Part shown: positions 29,291-38,857 of the stretch, in pieces
Layout of the letters: the number at the start of each line of letters is the position of its first letter
Position numbering within the stretch: position 1 is the first letter of the stretch
DNA from: Gemmatimonadota bacterium
GTDB lineage: Bacteria > Gemmatimonadota > Gemmatimonadetes > Gemmatimonadales > GWC2-71-9
DNA: 64,000 bases
NCBI GenBank assembly: GCA_039586365.1
Contig: JBDHKN010000032.1
Location: 1 to 64,000, forward strand
Reading direction: 5' to 3'
Made by a program: the position numbers and the translations under genes
Notes under the pieces: model-generated
What the model saw: the letters and a program-made list of their open reading frames with translations, nothing else
Told to the model about the DNA's origin: nothing
The model's database searches: none

Positions 29291-30667
29291 TTACTTGTCG
29301 GCCTTGCAGAGGTCCATCAGCTCCGAGATCGAGCCGAGTTGCTCCAAGTTCCACACCGCCTGTTTGAGGCGTGCCCGAGACCGATCAGTTAGTACTGGAG
29401 CCGCCAACGCATCGAATTTCTCCTCAACCTCCTGGTCGGTCAGCGGATTGCGGGGGTCACCCTTGGGGAAGTCCAATTGCTTTGGGATCTCGCGACCGTC
29501 AGTTGTCTTGATCGTGACGATAACGCGCTGGAGCTTGGGGAACACCGCCTCGATCTCCGGATCCGCTACCACATGGACCTTGTTCAGCTGGGCTCGGATC
29601 AGTGGATCCATGATCTTTTCAGGCTCGAATTGCGCCGGGGTCACCTGGCGATCCGCAATCGCAGCCGCAATCACATAGGGGAGGCTGTGGTCGGCGGTCT
29701 CTTTGGACCGCGGGTCGTACTTGGAGGGATCCGCCAAGATATCCGCGGCCCGGGCCAGCGACCGGATGTGTACTCGCTCAATCTGTTCGGGTGCCAGGTC
29801 GTTTTCTCTCACGATGTCCAGCACGGCTGAAATCGGTGCATGTGTTAGGCCCTCGGTTGGGAATGCCTTCATACTGCAGCGTTCGATGCGCCAGGATTCA
29901 CCCAGGTCATCGACCAGCACGTTCAGGCGCCATTCGGGTCCGAAGCAGTGAGTGAGTCCTTCTTTGCCGTCTATCACGTGCTCTGGTCCGGTGTACCCTT
30001 TCTCGGCCAGCAGTGCTGCCATCACCCCACTTTGTGTGGCCAGGGGATCCACCGTGTTCTTCATCATGGTGAGTTTGCCGGCTGTAACAGCTCCCAGTGT
30101 CGCGTGGCGCGCAGCCGAGATTCCGATGGCGTGCTGCATCTTGTCCCACGATAGTCCCAGCATCCGACTGGCTACGATGGGCGAGACGAACGCGGTCAGC
30201 GTTGCGTGGTGCCAGCCGCGCTCTCTGATTCCTGGGAACGCGGCCTCACACAGCCGCATCTCGAATTCATGACCCAGGACTATTCCCAGTATGAGATCCT
30301 TACCCGTTCCGCCCGCTCGCTCACCGCAGGCGATCGCCGCGGGAATGATGTCTGAGGGGTGGGAGGGATCCTGCTGCCAATAGATGTCGTTGTAGTCCAT
30401 CACGCGGACCATCAGTGCGTTGGCCAGAGCGGCCGATACCGGGTCCGTCTTTCTGCCGCTGCCGAGGATGGTGGCCGGCCCCGACCCGCCGATCTCCTGC
30501 AATACCTCCAGGGCAATGCGGGCGTCTTCCTGACGGAATCCGCCCAGGGCGCAGCCCAGCGAGTCGAGCAAGTAACGGCGCGCTTCGTGGACCGCGCGCT
30601 CGCTGAGCTGTTCATAATTGAGTTGTGCGGCCCACCGGGCCATCACGGCCGTAATCGTCTCGGGCAT
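29291..30667 (-). CDS. prpD: MmgE/PrpD family dehydratase
   Basis: RVMDYND...SHPSD, RGWHH, GKLTMMK, ETADHSLPY, PKGDPRNP. Confidence 0.9.
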   Translation of the reverse strand: MPETITAVMARWAAQLNYEQLSERAVHEARRYLLDSLGCALGGFRQEDARIALEVLQEIGGSGPATILGSGRKTDPVSAALANALMVRVMDYNDIYWQQDPSHPSDIIPAAIACGERAGGTGKDLILGIVLGHEFEMRLCEAAFPGIRERGWHHATLTAFVSPIVASRMLGLSWDKMQHAIGISAARHATLGAVTAGKLTMMKNTVDPLATQSGVMAALLAEKGYTGPEHVIDGKEGLTHCFGPEWRLNVLVDDLGESWRIERCSMKAFPTEGLTHAPISAVLDIVRENDLAPEQIERVHIRSLARAADILADPSKYDPRSKETADHSLPYVIAAAIADRQVTPAQFEPEKIMDPLIRAQLNKVHVVADPEIEAVFPKLQRVIVTIKTTDGREIPKQLDFPKGDPRNPLTDQEVEEKFDALAAPVLTDRSRARLKQAVWNLEQLGSISELMDLCKADK

Positions 30668-30709
30668 CTAGGACTCTCCTGCGGCTTGGAGCCAGCGGCC
30701 TTGCCGCGG

Positions 30710-31252
30710 TCAAGCAGCCAAATTCTTGAATGGTAGATAGCTCATGAAATCGGCGTGGTGCACGATCGTTGCTTCAGTGCTGCGTTTCACCAGGTCGCCC
30801 TCGCCAGCATGCGCCGCGATGATGTGGCACACCTGTTCAGGAACACCACACGACATGGCGAGCGCCACACCGGTGAAGGGGTGTCTCAGGCTCTTGCCCC
30901 GCTCACTCTGCACAACTTTCCCGTCGACCTTCTCGTATTCCAACAGCTTCCCCACGTCGGCCAGTATCGCGCCGGCGATCACTACGTCTAGGTCTATCTC
31001 GAGCGACTTCCCCAAAAACTGCTGCATGGCCTGTGCTGCTGGTTTGGCAATGTGTACCACACAGCGTTTGTGCTCCATGAAGGTGGCGGGGCAATCGGGC
31101 ACCAACAGGGTGAAGGGTATCTCGTCCAGATCGCCGGGATCGAGGGGGCTCGCTGCGAACGCCTTTATCCAAGTTTGAGTGACCTGTTCCCGCAGCTCGT
31201 GGTTCTCAATCCACTCCAGTTCGGGCCACAGGCGCTCCACTGCTGCACGCAT
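30710..31252 (-). CDS. HD-domain (HDIG-like) metal-dependent phosphohydrolase
   Basis: EH, GAILADVGKLLEY (HD motif appears as AD), LRHPFTG, HIIAAH, IVHHAD. Confidence 0.85.
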   Translation of the reverse strand: MRAAVERLWPELEWIENHELREQVTQTWIKAFAASPLDPGDLDEIPFTLLVPDCPATFMEHKRCVVHIAKPAAQAMQQFLGKSLEIDLDVVIAGAILADVGKLLEYEKVDGKVVQSERGKSLRHPFTGVALAMSCGVPEQVCHIIAAHAGEGDLVKRSTEATIVHHADFMSYLPFKNLAA

Positions 31253-31386
31253 CGGAATCCTCCAGGAGGACTTAGCTATCAGAACGTGTCAAAAGAAGGC
31301 CCTTGGAGGCCTTCTTGCTGCGATACAATTAAGCACAATCGCGGTCGTTAGTTAAGTTGTTCCATTCGGTTTGATTCTTACCGGAA

Positions 31387-32634
31387 GTGGATATGCAAGT
31401 GATGATTACACGCCAACCGTTCGCGGCTGGTTTCAGACTGCTTGTGGCGTTGATCTGTCTCGTCGCATGTACTGATCGGATATCTCAAGGGCAGACGGTG
31501 CGACCTGGAATTGACGTGGTGTTGGCCGATTCAATCCATCTGGTCGCAGGAAGACGCGTTGGGCTGCTGACCAACCAGACTGGGGTGGATCGTTCCGGGG
31601 TGAGTGATGTGGATCGTCTGTTGCAGGCCGGTGTGGAACTCACTGCCTTGTTCAGCCCCGAGCATGGTTTCCGCGGGGTGCTTGATCAACCGATTGTCGA
31701 TCACGGCACCGACCCTGCCACGGGACTACCGATTTACAGCCTCTATGGCGAGCATCAGGCGCCCACTGTGGAGATGCTGGCAATGATCGACGTGTTGGTG
31801 GTCGATCTGCAGGACATAGGTGCCCGGACGTACACGTACATCTCCACGACACTGCTTGCCCTGCGTGCCGCCGCTGTGGGGGGAGTGCCGGTCGTGGTGC
31901 TCGACCGGCCCAATCCGATCGGCGGCCAGCAAATTCAGGGGCCCGGACGCGACCAAGGTTTCTCTTCTGAGGTGGGCATGCTCCCGGTCCCGCTGCGCCA
32001 CGGGATGACGATCGGCGAGCTGGTAAAGTTCGGCAACGATGTGCTGGAGATTGGAGCCGACCTCACCGTGGTTCCGGCCCACGGTTGGCGGCGGGACCTT
32101 TGGTACGACCAGACCGGTCTCCCCTGGGTGCGCCCGTCACTCAACATGCCCGACCTGGAGAGCGCCACCCACTACCCGGGGACTGTACTGTTTGAGGGCA
32201 CCAACCTCTCGGTGGGTCGCGGTACACCGATCGCATTCCAGGTTCTCGGAGCACCTTGGCTGGAGCCGAGCGACATCTTGGCGGCAGTTGGCCAGGAGCC
32301 AGGGGTGGAGCTGTCGGATACCGTAGTTGCGCCACACGCTCCCAGTGATGGCAAGTACCCCGACATTGCGCTGCCCGCGCTGCGTTTCCGGGTGATCGAC
32401 CGAGCGTCCTACGATCCGACCCGACTGGCCGTCCGGCTGCTGGGGGCGATATCACAGCTCCATCCCGACTCGTTTGAGATCAGGAACGCCCGATACTTCG
32501 ACAACCGGGCCGGCTCAGCGGCGATCCGTGACTGGCTCGGCGGCGAGCCCCCACGCGCTGAGATCTGGCGGTTGTGGGACGCGGACCTCTCCGAGTTCCG
32601 GAGAGCGCGGCAACCCCACCTCATCTACAAGTGA
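31387..32634 (+). CDS. namZ: Exo-beta-N-acetylmuramidase NamZ (DUF1343) family
   Basis: GLLTNQTG, FSPEHGFRG, DLQDIGARTYTY, LDRPNP, RHGMTIGE, NLSVGRGT. Confidence 0.92.
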   Translation: MDMQVMITRQPFAAGFRLLVALICLVACTDRISQGQTVRPGIDVVLADSIHLVAGRRVGLLTNQTGVDRSGVSDVDRLLQAGVELTALFSPEHGFRGVLDQPIVDHGTDPATGLPIYSLYGEHQAPTVEMLAMIDVLVVDLQDIGARTYTYISTTLLALRAAAVGGVPVVVLDRPNPIGGQQIQGPGRDQGFSSEVGMLPVPLRHGMTIGELVKFGNDVLEIGADLTVVPAHGWRRDLWYDQTGLPWVRPSLNMPDLESATHYPGTVLFEGTNLSVGRGTPIAFQVLGAPWLEPSDILAAVGQEPGVELSDTVVAPHAPSDGKYPDIALPALRFRVIDRASYDPTRLAVRLLGAISQLHPDSFEIRNARYFDNRAGSAAIRDWLGGEPPRAEIWRLWDADLSEFRRARQPHLIYK

Positions 32635-32799
32635 CCGCAGGCGACCGGGCTGGAGTCGCCCAGTACGCGGTCCGTTGCCATATCGGGCCGTGCAGCAGGG
32701 AATGCAACAGGGCGGCCGCAGCACACGCGCTACGGGGATCGGGTCACTGGGTTCGTCGCTGCGCGCTTCAGATCTCACCACGGTGACTGGCGCCCAGGG

Positions 32800-35475
32800 T
32801 CATTCCGTGCGGAGCGCCGCGAGGGGGTCGATCCGGACCGCCTTCAACGCTGGAAGGACGCATGCGGCGGCAGCGACGATACCCAATGTTGTGCTGACGA
32901 CGATGAAGGTCGCCAAATCGGTGGCCGCAACACCGTAGAGCAACGACTGCATGAATCGGGTGAGCGCGGTGGCAACAGCAATCCCAAGTAGTAGTCCCGC
33001 CGCCACCAAGGCAAGGCCACGGCGCAGTACCAAGCCGAGTATTCTGCTGGATTCCGCTCCGAGCGCGATACGCACTCCTATTTCGTGGCTGCGATTGTTT
33101 ACGAAGTGGGCCAGCACGCCGTAGAGGCCCAGAGTCGCCAGCAGCAGCGCTACGGTGGCAAACGCGCCGACGAGCAGCGCCGTTCTCCGCGGCTGAGCGA
33201 TCGAGTCCGAGACCACGCGTCGCATGGTGGAGATCTTTGCCACGGGCACGTTGGCGTCGAATTCAGCCACTGCTGTTCTCAGGCTGTTGGTGAACGAAGA
33301 AGGATCTGAACTCGTCCGCACCACCACGCTCATCGTTCTCTGAGGCCACTGATCGACGGAGAAGTACACGGTTGGGTACGGATCGCTGCTCAAGCTGGAT
33401 CCGTGGACTTCGCCAACCAATCCGACTATTGGAATGATCGTCTGCTGTGTGTTTCCGAGCACCAAATTCTTGCCTACGGGGTTGTCACCTGGCAGGAATC
33501 GCTCCACCCACGCCTCGTCCACAACGGCCGCGGGAGGGGCATCCGGTGTGTCCTCGGCAGTCAGAACCCGGCCCGCTAGTAAGGGAATCTGCATGGTTTG
33601 GAAGTAGCCGTTCGTGACCGTGCGAATCACGGCGGTGCGCCGCTGTGACAGGTCGGCGGGAGGATTGTCTGCGGCGTATACCGGCCAGTCGCCGCCGCCA
33701 TGCGCGATCGGCAGCCTACTGATGGCTCCGGCGGCAACTGCCCCCGGCCGAGTGGCGATCTGCGCAGCCAGTCGGCCGTAGAACTGGCTCACTTCCTGTC
33801 CTGAAGAGTAGCGTCCCTGCGGCAAGGCGACCTCGGCCGTCAGCAAGCCTCCCGCTTCAAAACCAGGGTCAACTGACTGCAGGCGCAGGAGACTGCGCAT
33901 CATCAATCCAGACACAATGAGCAGTACCAGAGACAGGGTGACTTGGGCCACGACCAACGTACCCCTCAGGCGCGTACCGCTCAGGCTGTCGGATATCCTC
34001 CGGCCGAGGTTTAGCTGTCCTGGAATGTCGGAGTTGGCGCTTCTGAGTGCCGGGACTATGCCTACCAACAACCCAGTGATGACAGACACCGTCAGCGCGA
34101 TTAGCAGGGCCGTGCCGTCCACACCAAGGTCGCGCAACCCAGGCAGGTCCGCTGGAGCGAACTGCTTGAGTAGCTGGAGCAGCCAGTGGGTCACCGACAA
34201 GCCAAGGAGGCCGCCCACCGCAGCGATGAGTACACTTTCAGTAAGCAGCTGCCTAAGGAGGTGGCCGCGCGATGCGCCGAGGGTGGACCGGATAGCCATC
34301 TCGCCTGACCGCGCGACACCACGTGCCAGCAACAGGCCCGCGACGTTGGCGCATGCCACGAGCAGTACGAAGCCAACCGCGCCCGTTAGGACCAGCAGCA
34401 TGGGCCGCGCGCGTCGTACCAGACGCTCGCGAAACACCGACAGGTGCATACCGCGCCCGTGGTTGGTCTCGGGGTACTCGTCTGCGAGGCGCTGCCCGAT
34501 CACGTCTACCTGCTCCTGGGCTTGGGTAATGGACACCCCCCTGTCTCTGAGACGGCCGACCGCGTACCAGTTCTGCGGCCCTCGTGAGCTACCCCAGGGT
34601 GTGTCTCTGCGCAGCGCGGTCCAGACTTCTGTTCCGCTCATGAAGTCGAATTGGCGGGGCATGACGCCGACTATCGTGTGCGGGCGGTCATCGATTACGA
34701 CGGTACTCCCCACAGCATTTCGTTCGCCGCCGAAGCGGCGTTGCCAGAATCCGAAGCTCAGTATCGCTACTCGACCGGCAGTCACGTCTTCCTCGTCTCT
34801 CGTGAAGTCGCGCCCTACGGCGGGGGCCACTCCCAGTGTGGAGAAGAGTCCAGTGGATATCTCGCGTTCGGTTACCCGTTCCGGGGTAGCGTTGCCAGTG
34901 ACGGTTACTGAGAGGTCGAACCCCCTTATCGCTTCGAGTGACTCAAAAACGTCGCTCTGTTCCCGGTAGTCGAAGAAATCCCAAGCTGAGAGAAATCCGT
35001 CGTTTCCAGATCCTTTGCGCCCGGTCCCAAAAACCAGCTGGCCGGGATCCCTGTAGGGCAGAGTGTCTATGAAAGCCGAGTTGATCACACTGAACATGGC
35101 GACGGTACCACCGATGCCGACGGCGAACGTAGCGATCAGGATGGCGGTGAATCCCGGTCGCTTGAGCAGGGTCCTTACCGCGAATCTGACGTCTCGCGCG
35201 AAGGTCTCCATTGGGTATCCTCCTGAGCGTCGGCTGGTTGACTTGTTTACCGCTGCTTCGCCGGGGCTTCGTGTGGGCAGGCAGTACTGCACTGACAACA
35301 GCACGGCATTGGCCCAGTACCATGCGCTGGCGATGACGCCGGTGTGTCGCATTCTTATGCCAGCGTACTCCTCTCGTAGATCGCCTAGGATGCCGTGACC
35401 GGCGGGTCCCCGCGGAATGCACCGTCGGAGCAAGGACTCGGCCAGCCGGGGTGGCAACTGCCGTCGCGGCTTCAT
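32800..35475 (-). CDS. ADOP-type duplicated ABC permease (MacB-PCD/FtsX) without a linked ATPase
   Basis: GDLREEY prefix, DVRFAVRTL, LLVACANVAGLLLAR, QLLTES, EIGVRIALGA, IDPLAALRTE. Confidence 0.92.
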   Translation of the reverse strand: MKPRRQLPPRLAESLLRRCIPRGPAGHGILGDLREEYAGIRMRHTGVIASAWYWANAVLLSVQYCLPTRSPGEAAVNKSTSRRSGGYPMETFARDVRFAVRTLLKRPGFTAILIATFAVGIGGTVAMFSVINSAFIDTLPYRDPGQLVFGTGRKGSGNDGFLSAWDFFDYREQSDVFESLEAIRGFDLSVTVTGNATPERVTEREISTGLFSTLGVAPAVGRDFTRDEEDVTAGRVAILSFGFWQRRFGGERNAVGSTVVIDDRPHTIVGVMPRQFDFMSGTEVWTALRRDTPWGSSRGPQNWYAVGRLRDRGVSITQAQEQVDVIGQRLADEYPETNHGRGMHLSVFRERLVRRARPMLLVLTGAVGFVLLVACANVAGLLLARGVARSGEMAIRSTLGASRGHLLRQLLTESVLIAAVGGLLGLSVTHWLLQLLKQFAPADLPGLRDLGVDGTALLIALTVSVITGLLVGIVPALRSANSDIPGQLNLGRRISDSLSGTRLRGTLVVAQVTLSLVLLIVSGLMMRSLLRLQSVDPGFEAGGLLTAEVALPQGRYSSGQEVSQFYGRLAAQIATRPGAVAAGAISRLPIAHGGGDWPVYAADNPPADLSQRRTAVIRTVTNGYFQTMQIPLLAGRVLTAEDTPDAPPAAVVDEAWVERFLPGDNPVGKNLVLGNTQQTIIPIVGLVGEVHGSSLSSDPYPTVYFSVDQWPQRTMSVVVRTSSDPSSFTNSLRTAVAEFDANVPVAKISTMRRVVSDSIAQPRRTALLVGAFATVALLLATLGLYGVLAHFVNNRSHEIGVRIALGAESSRILGLVLRRGLALVAAGLLLGIAVATALTRFMQSLLYGVAATDLATFIVVSTTLGIVAAAACVLPALKAVRIDPLAALRTE

Positions 35476-35804
35476 GGTCCTCGCAGCACCGTATCGAGCC
35501 CACGTGACAGCACGTGCAGGGCGGTGTGTGACGCCCTGAGCGCTGCCAAGCCTTTCTTGGTCACAGAGAAGCGTCTCCTGGAGTATCCTCCGCGCTCGGG
35601 CGTCGGCTCATCGGTCTCGACGTCGATGTAGCCCTTGGACTCCAGACGATCGAGGGTGCGGTACAGAGCCCCGCGCGTCACCTTGTGGCCGGCCTGCTCA
35701 GCCAGGTACCGCCGGATCGTGATGGCATGCGCGTGCTCACCCAGCTGCATCAAGGTTAGCATTACCATTTGCTCGAACTGCCCGAGAAAGACACTGCCAG
35801 CCAC
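35472..35804 (-). CDS. PadR-family transcriptional regulator
   Basis: LGQFEQMVML, GALYRTLDRLESKGY, PTPERGG; probable GTG start at 35804. Confidence 0.9.
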   Translation of the reverse strand: MAGSVFLGQFEQMVMLTLMQLGEHAHAITIRRYLAEQAGHKVTRGALYRTLDRLESKGYIDVETDEPTPERGGYSRRRFSVTKKGLAALRASHTALHVLSRGLDTVLRGP

Positions 35805-35933
35805 TGCTCGCCCCGACTGTATACGATGTATACGGTTACGGATGGCATTCGCATTTGGTTTCAACTTGGCAGGAGCCTCGGAACTTGGTGGGTGGAGTAG
35901 GGTGTTCGTGGCCTGTCGCTTGGCCGGTGATGC

Positions 35934-36003
35934 CCGTCAGTCGTAGGTCGTCAATCGTCAGTCGTCAATCGTCAGTCGTCAGTCGTCAGTCGTCAATCGT
36001 CGG
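35934..36003. repeat. Heptamer tandem array (TCGTCAR), about 10 units
   Basis: ccgtcag tcgtagg tcgtcaa tcgtcag tcgtcaa tcgtcag tcgtcag tcgtcag tcgtcaa tcgtcgg. Confidence 0.9.
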
Positions 36004-37116
36004 TCACCCCCCTTTTGCGTGCAGGATCTTCCGCAGCAGTTCGTGAACCCCATTCCAGTCAGACTGCCAAGTGGAGTAGTCCACCCGATGTACCACGACG
36101 AGCTGCATGTCTGTGACTACCCAGATGGTGTGCCCGGATCCGCCTGCGGCTTGCCATACCGTGTGACCGTTGAACGTGTGCGGTTTCGCGAGCCACCACA
36201 TGTAACCGTAGTCCCAGTTGCCATTGGCTTCTGAGTAAGGATAGGTGCTTCGCTCGATCCACGCTGCCGGAACGATCCGCTCGGCTCTCCAACGGCCGTC
36301 TCTCAGGTACAGGAGGCCAAACCTCGCCATGTCCCGGGCGGACATGGAGAAATGATAGGCAGGGTGCTCTGAAACGGGTTCGTATTGGTAGAACCCGTTC
36401 TCCACTGCGAACTCCTGCATCTGCAACGGATCCGCGATGCGTTGCTTGATCGCCTCGAACGTACCCACTCCGGTCAGCTGGGTGAAGATTGTGCCGAGCG
36501 CATTGAAGTCCCAGTTGTTGTAGTAGTGATAGGTTCCGGGCTCGTGACTTCCGCGTGCCGGTCGCGCGTCCTTCATTGATTGACTCTCGGCCGCCGCTTC
36601 GTGGTAGATGCCCGAACGGGCCTGTAGCAGCATCTCCACCGTGGCCTGCTTCTCGATGTCGCTGAGCGGTGGCGGGACAGAATCGTCAATGCCGAGCTGA
36701 GCCATGGTTGCGGAGAGGTCGATCAGTCCTTCGTCCTGGTAGATCCCAAACAGAGCGCTCATGAAACTCTTGCGCACTGACTGCACCACCCAATTGGCTG
36801 ACGTTGCTCCCCACTGGTCAATGAGCACGCCTCGGTCAATGATCATCACCGCCCCGGAGCCCATCTTCTCCGCGTAGTCGTGGGCTTCCGCCAGCCTTGC
36901 CGACGACCATCCCAGGTCTTCGGGGAGTGACACCGCGTCCCACGAGGCTCCTGGGTAGCCGCTTCCATCTCCGATTGCGGAGATGTCTATGAGGTCGATG
37001 CCGACAGCATCTTGGCCGCATGCAGACAAGAGCAGGAAGGCCGCCGGCATCAGACCCGATGTTGCTATGGACAGAGGCGTTCTTCGCGTTGCAGAGGTTC
37101 GATCATTCATCGGCAT
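36004..37116 (-). CDS. Serine hydrolase (beta-lactamase-related) lipoprotein
   Basis: SVRK, YNNWDFN, SARDMARFG, YGYMWW; lipobox LLSAC. Confidence 0.88.
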   Translation of the reverse strand: MPMNDRTSATRRTPLSIATSGLMPAAFLLLSACGQDAVGIDLIDISAIGDGSGYPGASWDAVSLPEDLGWSSARLAEAHDYAEKMGSGAVMIIDRGVLIDQWGATSANWVVQSVRKSFMSALFGIYQDEGLIDLSATMAQLGIDDSVPPPLSDIEKQATVEMLLQARSGIYHEAAAESQSMKDARPARGSHEPGTYHYYNNWDFNALGTIFTQLTGVGTFEAIKQRIADPLQMQEFAVENGFYQYEPVSEHPAYHFSMSARDMARFGLLYLRDGRWRAERIVPAAWIERSTYPYSEANGNWDYGYMWWLAKPHTFNGHTVWQAAGGSGHTIWVVTDMQLVVVHRVDYSTWQSDWNGVHELLRKILHAKGG

Positions 37117-37119
37117 GCT

Positions 37120-38220
37120 CTATCTGTTTTCGGGCAATGGATCGTCGCCCAACACGAAGGACTCCACGAACAACCGCGCGGGCCCCGACTCCATCACGTC
37201 TCCCAGGCCCATGTTGTAGGCCCCACTCATTCTCCTCGTATTAGCCACAGCCAGGAAGGTGAGACCGCGTTGCCGGGCTCGGAGGATCAAGGCTGATTGG
37301 GCGTTCCATTCGCCGCCATGCCACTCGAGCCTCACTCCCTCGTGGGTCTGGACGTACCACCCCAGCCCGTACGTCTTGTCAGGTCCGTCGATCTCAATGG
37401 TGGGTGACAACATCAGATCTTTAGTCACCGGACCGAGGAATTGGTCTTGGTCCAGCGCGATCGAGATCGCCGCGAGGTCCCGCACCGAAGAGACCAGTCC
37501 TGCTGAGGGGCTGAAATGGCGGGGAAAGCTCGATGGGATCACCTCTCCGTCGATCAGCTCGTATGGCATCACCATGTTGGCGATGAAATCACGCCGGTTG
37601 AGGCGGGTCACGTAGAAATCCGCCAGCAGGTTTGGATCCGGTGCCGTGTGACGGAGATCCAGAGGCTGCAGAATCCGCTCGGTCAACAACTGCGCAAAGG
37701 TCTCACCTGTCGCGACCAGCATCACGTTTCCCAGCTGGATGTAGCGGTTGCCGTTGTAGCGGTGAACGGTGCCCGGAGTACCCTCAGAAGTGTGGTTGAA
37801 GACGTGTCTTACCGTGATCACACCTCGAGCGTCGAGTTCCACACCGTAATCACTGATAGGATCGTCCAGGTCTACCAGCCCGGCTTCCACCAACTGCATG
37901 AGGACAATTGCGGCAACCGACTTGGTGACTGAGGCCACAGGGAAAGACGTCGTGTCAGTGGCGGGCCTACCTGTCTCTACGTCGGCTACGCCAAAACCGC
38001 GGGACCAGACAATCTCGTCTCCCTGGGCAATGGCGGCGGCCATTCCCGGGATCCGGAGTTCCACCCTGATGCTGTCGAGCTGTGCTTCGAATCCCTGTAG
38101 CCCTTCCAGTGGCGGTACCGCTACTGGTTCTACTGGAGTATCTCCGCATGCTGCCACTGCCATCACTGCCGTGGCGGCCATGGCTCTGTGCAGGGAAGGG
38201 TATCGCGTACTGGAGTCCAT
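37120..38220 (-). CDS. Serine hydrolase (beta-lactamase class C-like) lipoprotein
   Basis: ASVTK, YNG, GLVSSVRDL, YGLGW, HGG; lipobox AVAAC. Confidence 0.88.
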   Translation of the reverse strand: MDSSTRYPSLHRAMAATAVMAVAACGDTPVEPVAVPPLEGLQGFEAQLDSIRVELRIPGMAAAIAQGDEIVWSRGFGVADVETGRPATDTTSFPVASVTKSVAAIVLMQLVEAGLVDLDDPISDYGVELDARGVITVRHVFNHTSEGTPGTVHRYNGNRYIQLGNVMLVATGETFAQLLTERILQPLDLRHTAPDPNLLADFYVTRLNRRDFIANMVMPYELIDGEVIPSSFPRHFSPSAGLVSSVRDLAAISIALDQDQFLGPVTKDLMLSPTIEIDGPDKTYGLGWYVQTHEGVRLEWHGGEWNAQSALILRARQRGLTFLAVANTRRMSGAYNMGLGDVMESGPARLFVESFVLGDDPLPENR

Positions 38221-38221
38221 T

Positions 38222-38857
38222 TCACAATCCACCCAGTGAGATCTTGTATGTGGCGGAAGCAGTGACTGTGGCGAGTCGTATGTAACCCGGTGGCAATTCC
38301 TCACGGTCAATGTCAGTCAAGCTGATATTGCCCAGGAACTGGACATCGAGCTTGCTAGTGCCCAACCACCGACCCAGTCCCAGGCCAAACCAGAGGCCGA
38401 ACAGCAACTTCTCCCGATCCCAGCCCAGTCGCGGATCGCTACAACTCACACTCCCGACTTGTGGCACACCTATTACCGAACAATTCAGCTCGCGACTCAC
38501 TGACGGGCCGACCAGCAGGTGCGGGGAGGTCGTCCACGGAGCATTGATGCTGAGCAGCAGGGGTAGCTCCAGGTACGTCAACTTGCGGTCCCCACCGGTT
38601 TCGAGTTCGGCCCATCCCTTTTGGATGTACGACAACTCGAGTTGGAGTGAGAGAACAGAGTTCAGTTCGTGACCGACGATGCCGCTGACTTGGAGACCAC
38701 GTCTGTCGTCTATCCTGTTTCTCGAGTGCTCGTCTGCGAACAGTGCGGCGGAGTTGCTGATACCCAGCCTGCCGCCGATTGAAACCGCCTGAGCCAGCGC
38801 GGTATCGCTACCAAAGAGGCTCAATAGAGTGACCGCTGCTAGCCATGTTCTGCCCAT
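38222..38857 (-). CDS. Outer-membrane beta-barrel protein (PorT-like)
   Basis: Signal peptide, ELSYIQKG, YLELPLL, amphipathic strands. Confidence 0.7.
   Translation of the reverse strand: MGRTWLAAVTLLSLFGSDTALAQAVSIGGRLGISNSAALFADEHSRNRIDDRRGLQVSGIVGHELNSVLSLQLELSYIQKGWAELETGGDRKLTYLELPLLLSINAPWTTSPHLLVGPSVSRELNCSVIGVPQVGSVSCSDPRLGWDREKLLFGLWFGLGLGRWLGTSKLDVQFLGNISLTDIDREELPPGYIRLATVTASATYKISLGGL

Noticed and set aside
33917..34969. Long antisense ORFs (also 20387-21139, 40097-40942, 42612-43613)
   Set aside because: They are shadows of well-supported genes on the opposite strand in GC-rich DNA and show no recognisable motifs.
35934..36003. CRISPR array
   Set aside because: These are contiguous 7-nt units with no spacers, and no cas genes are in the window.
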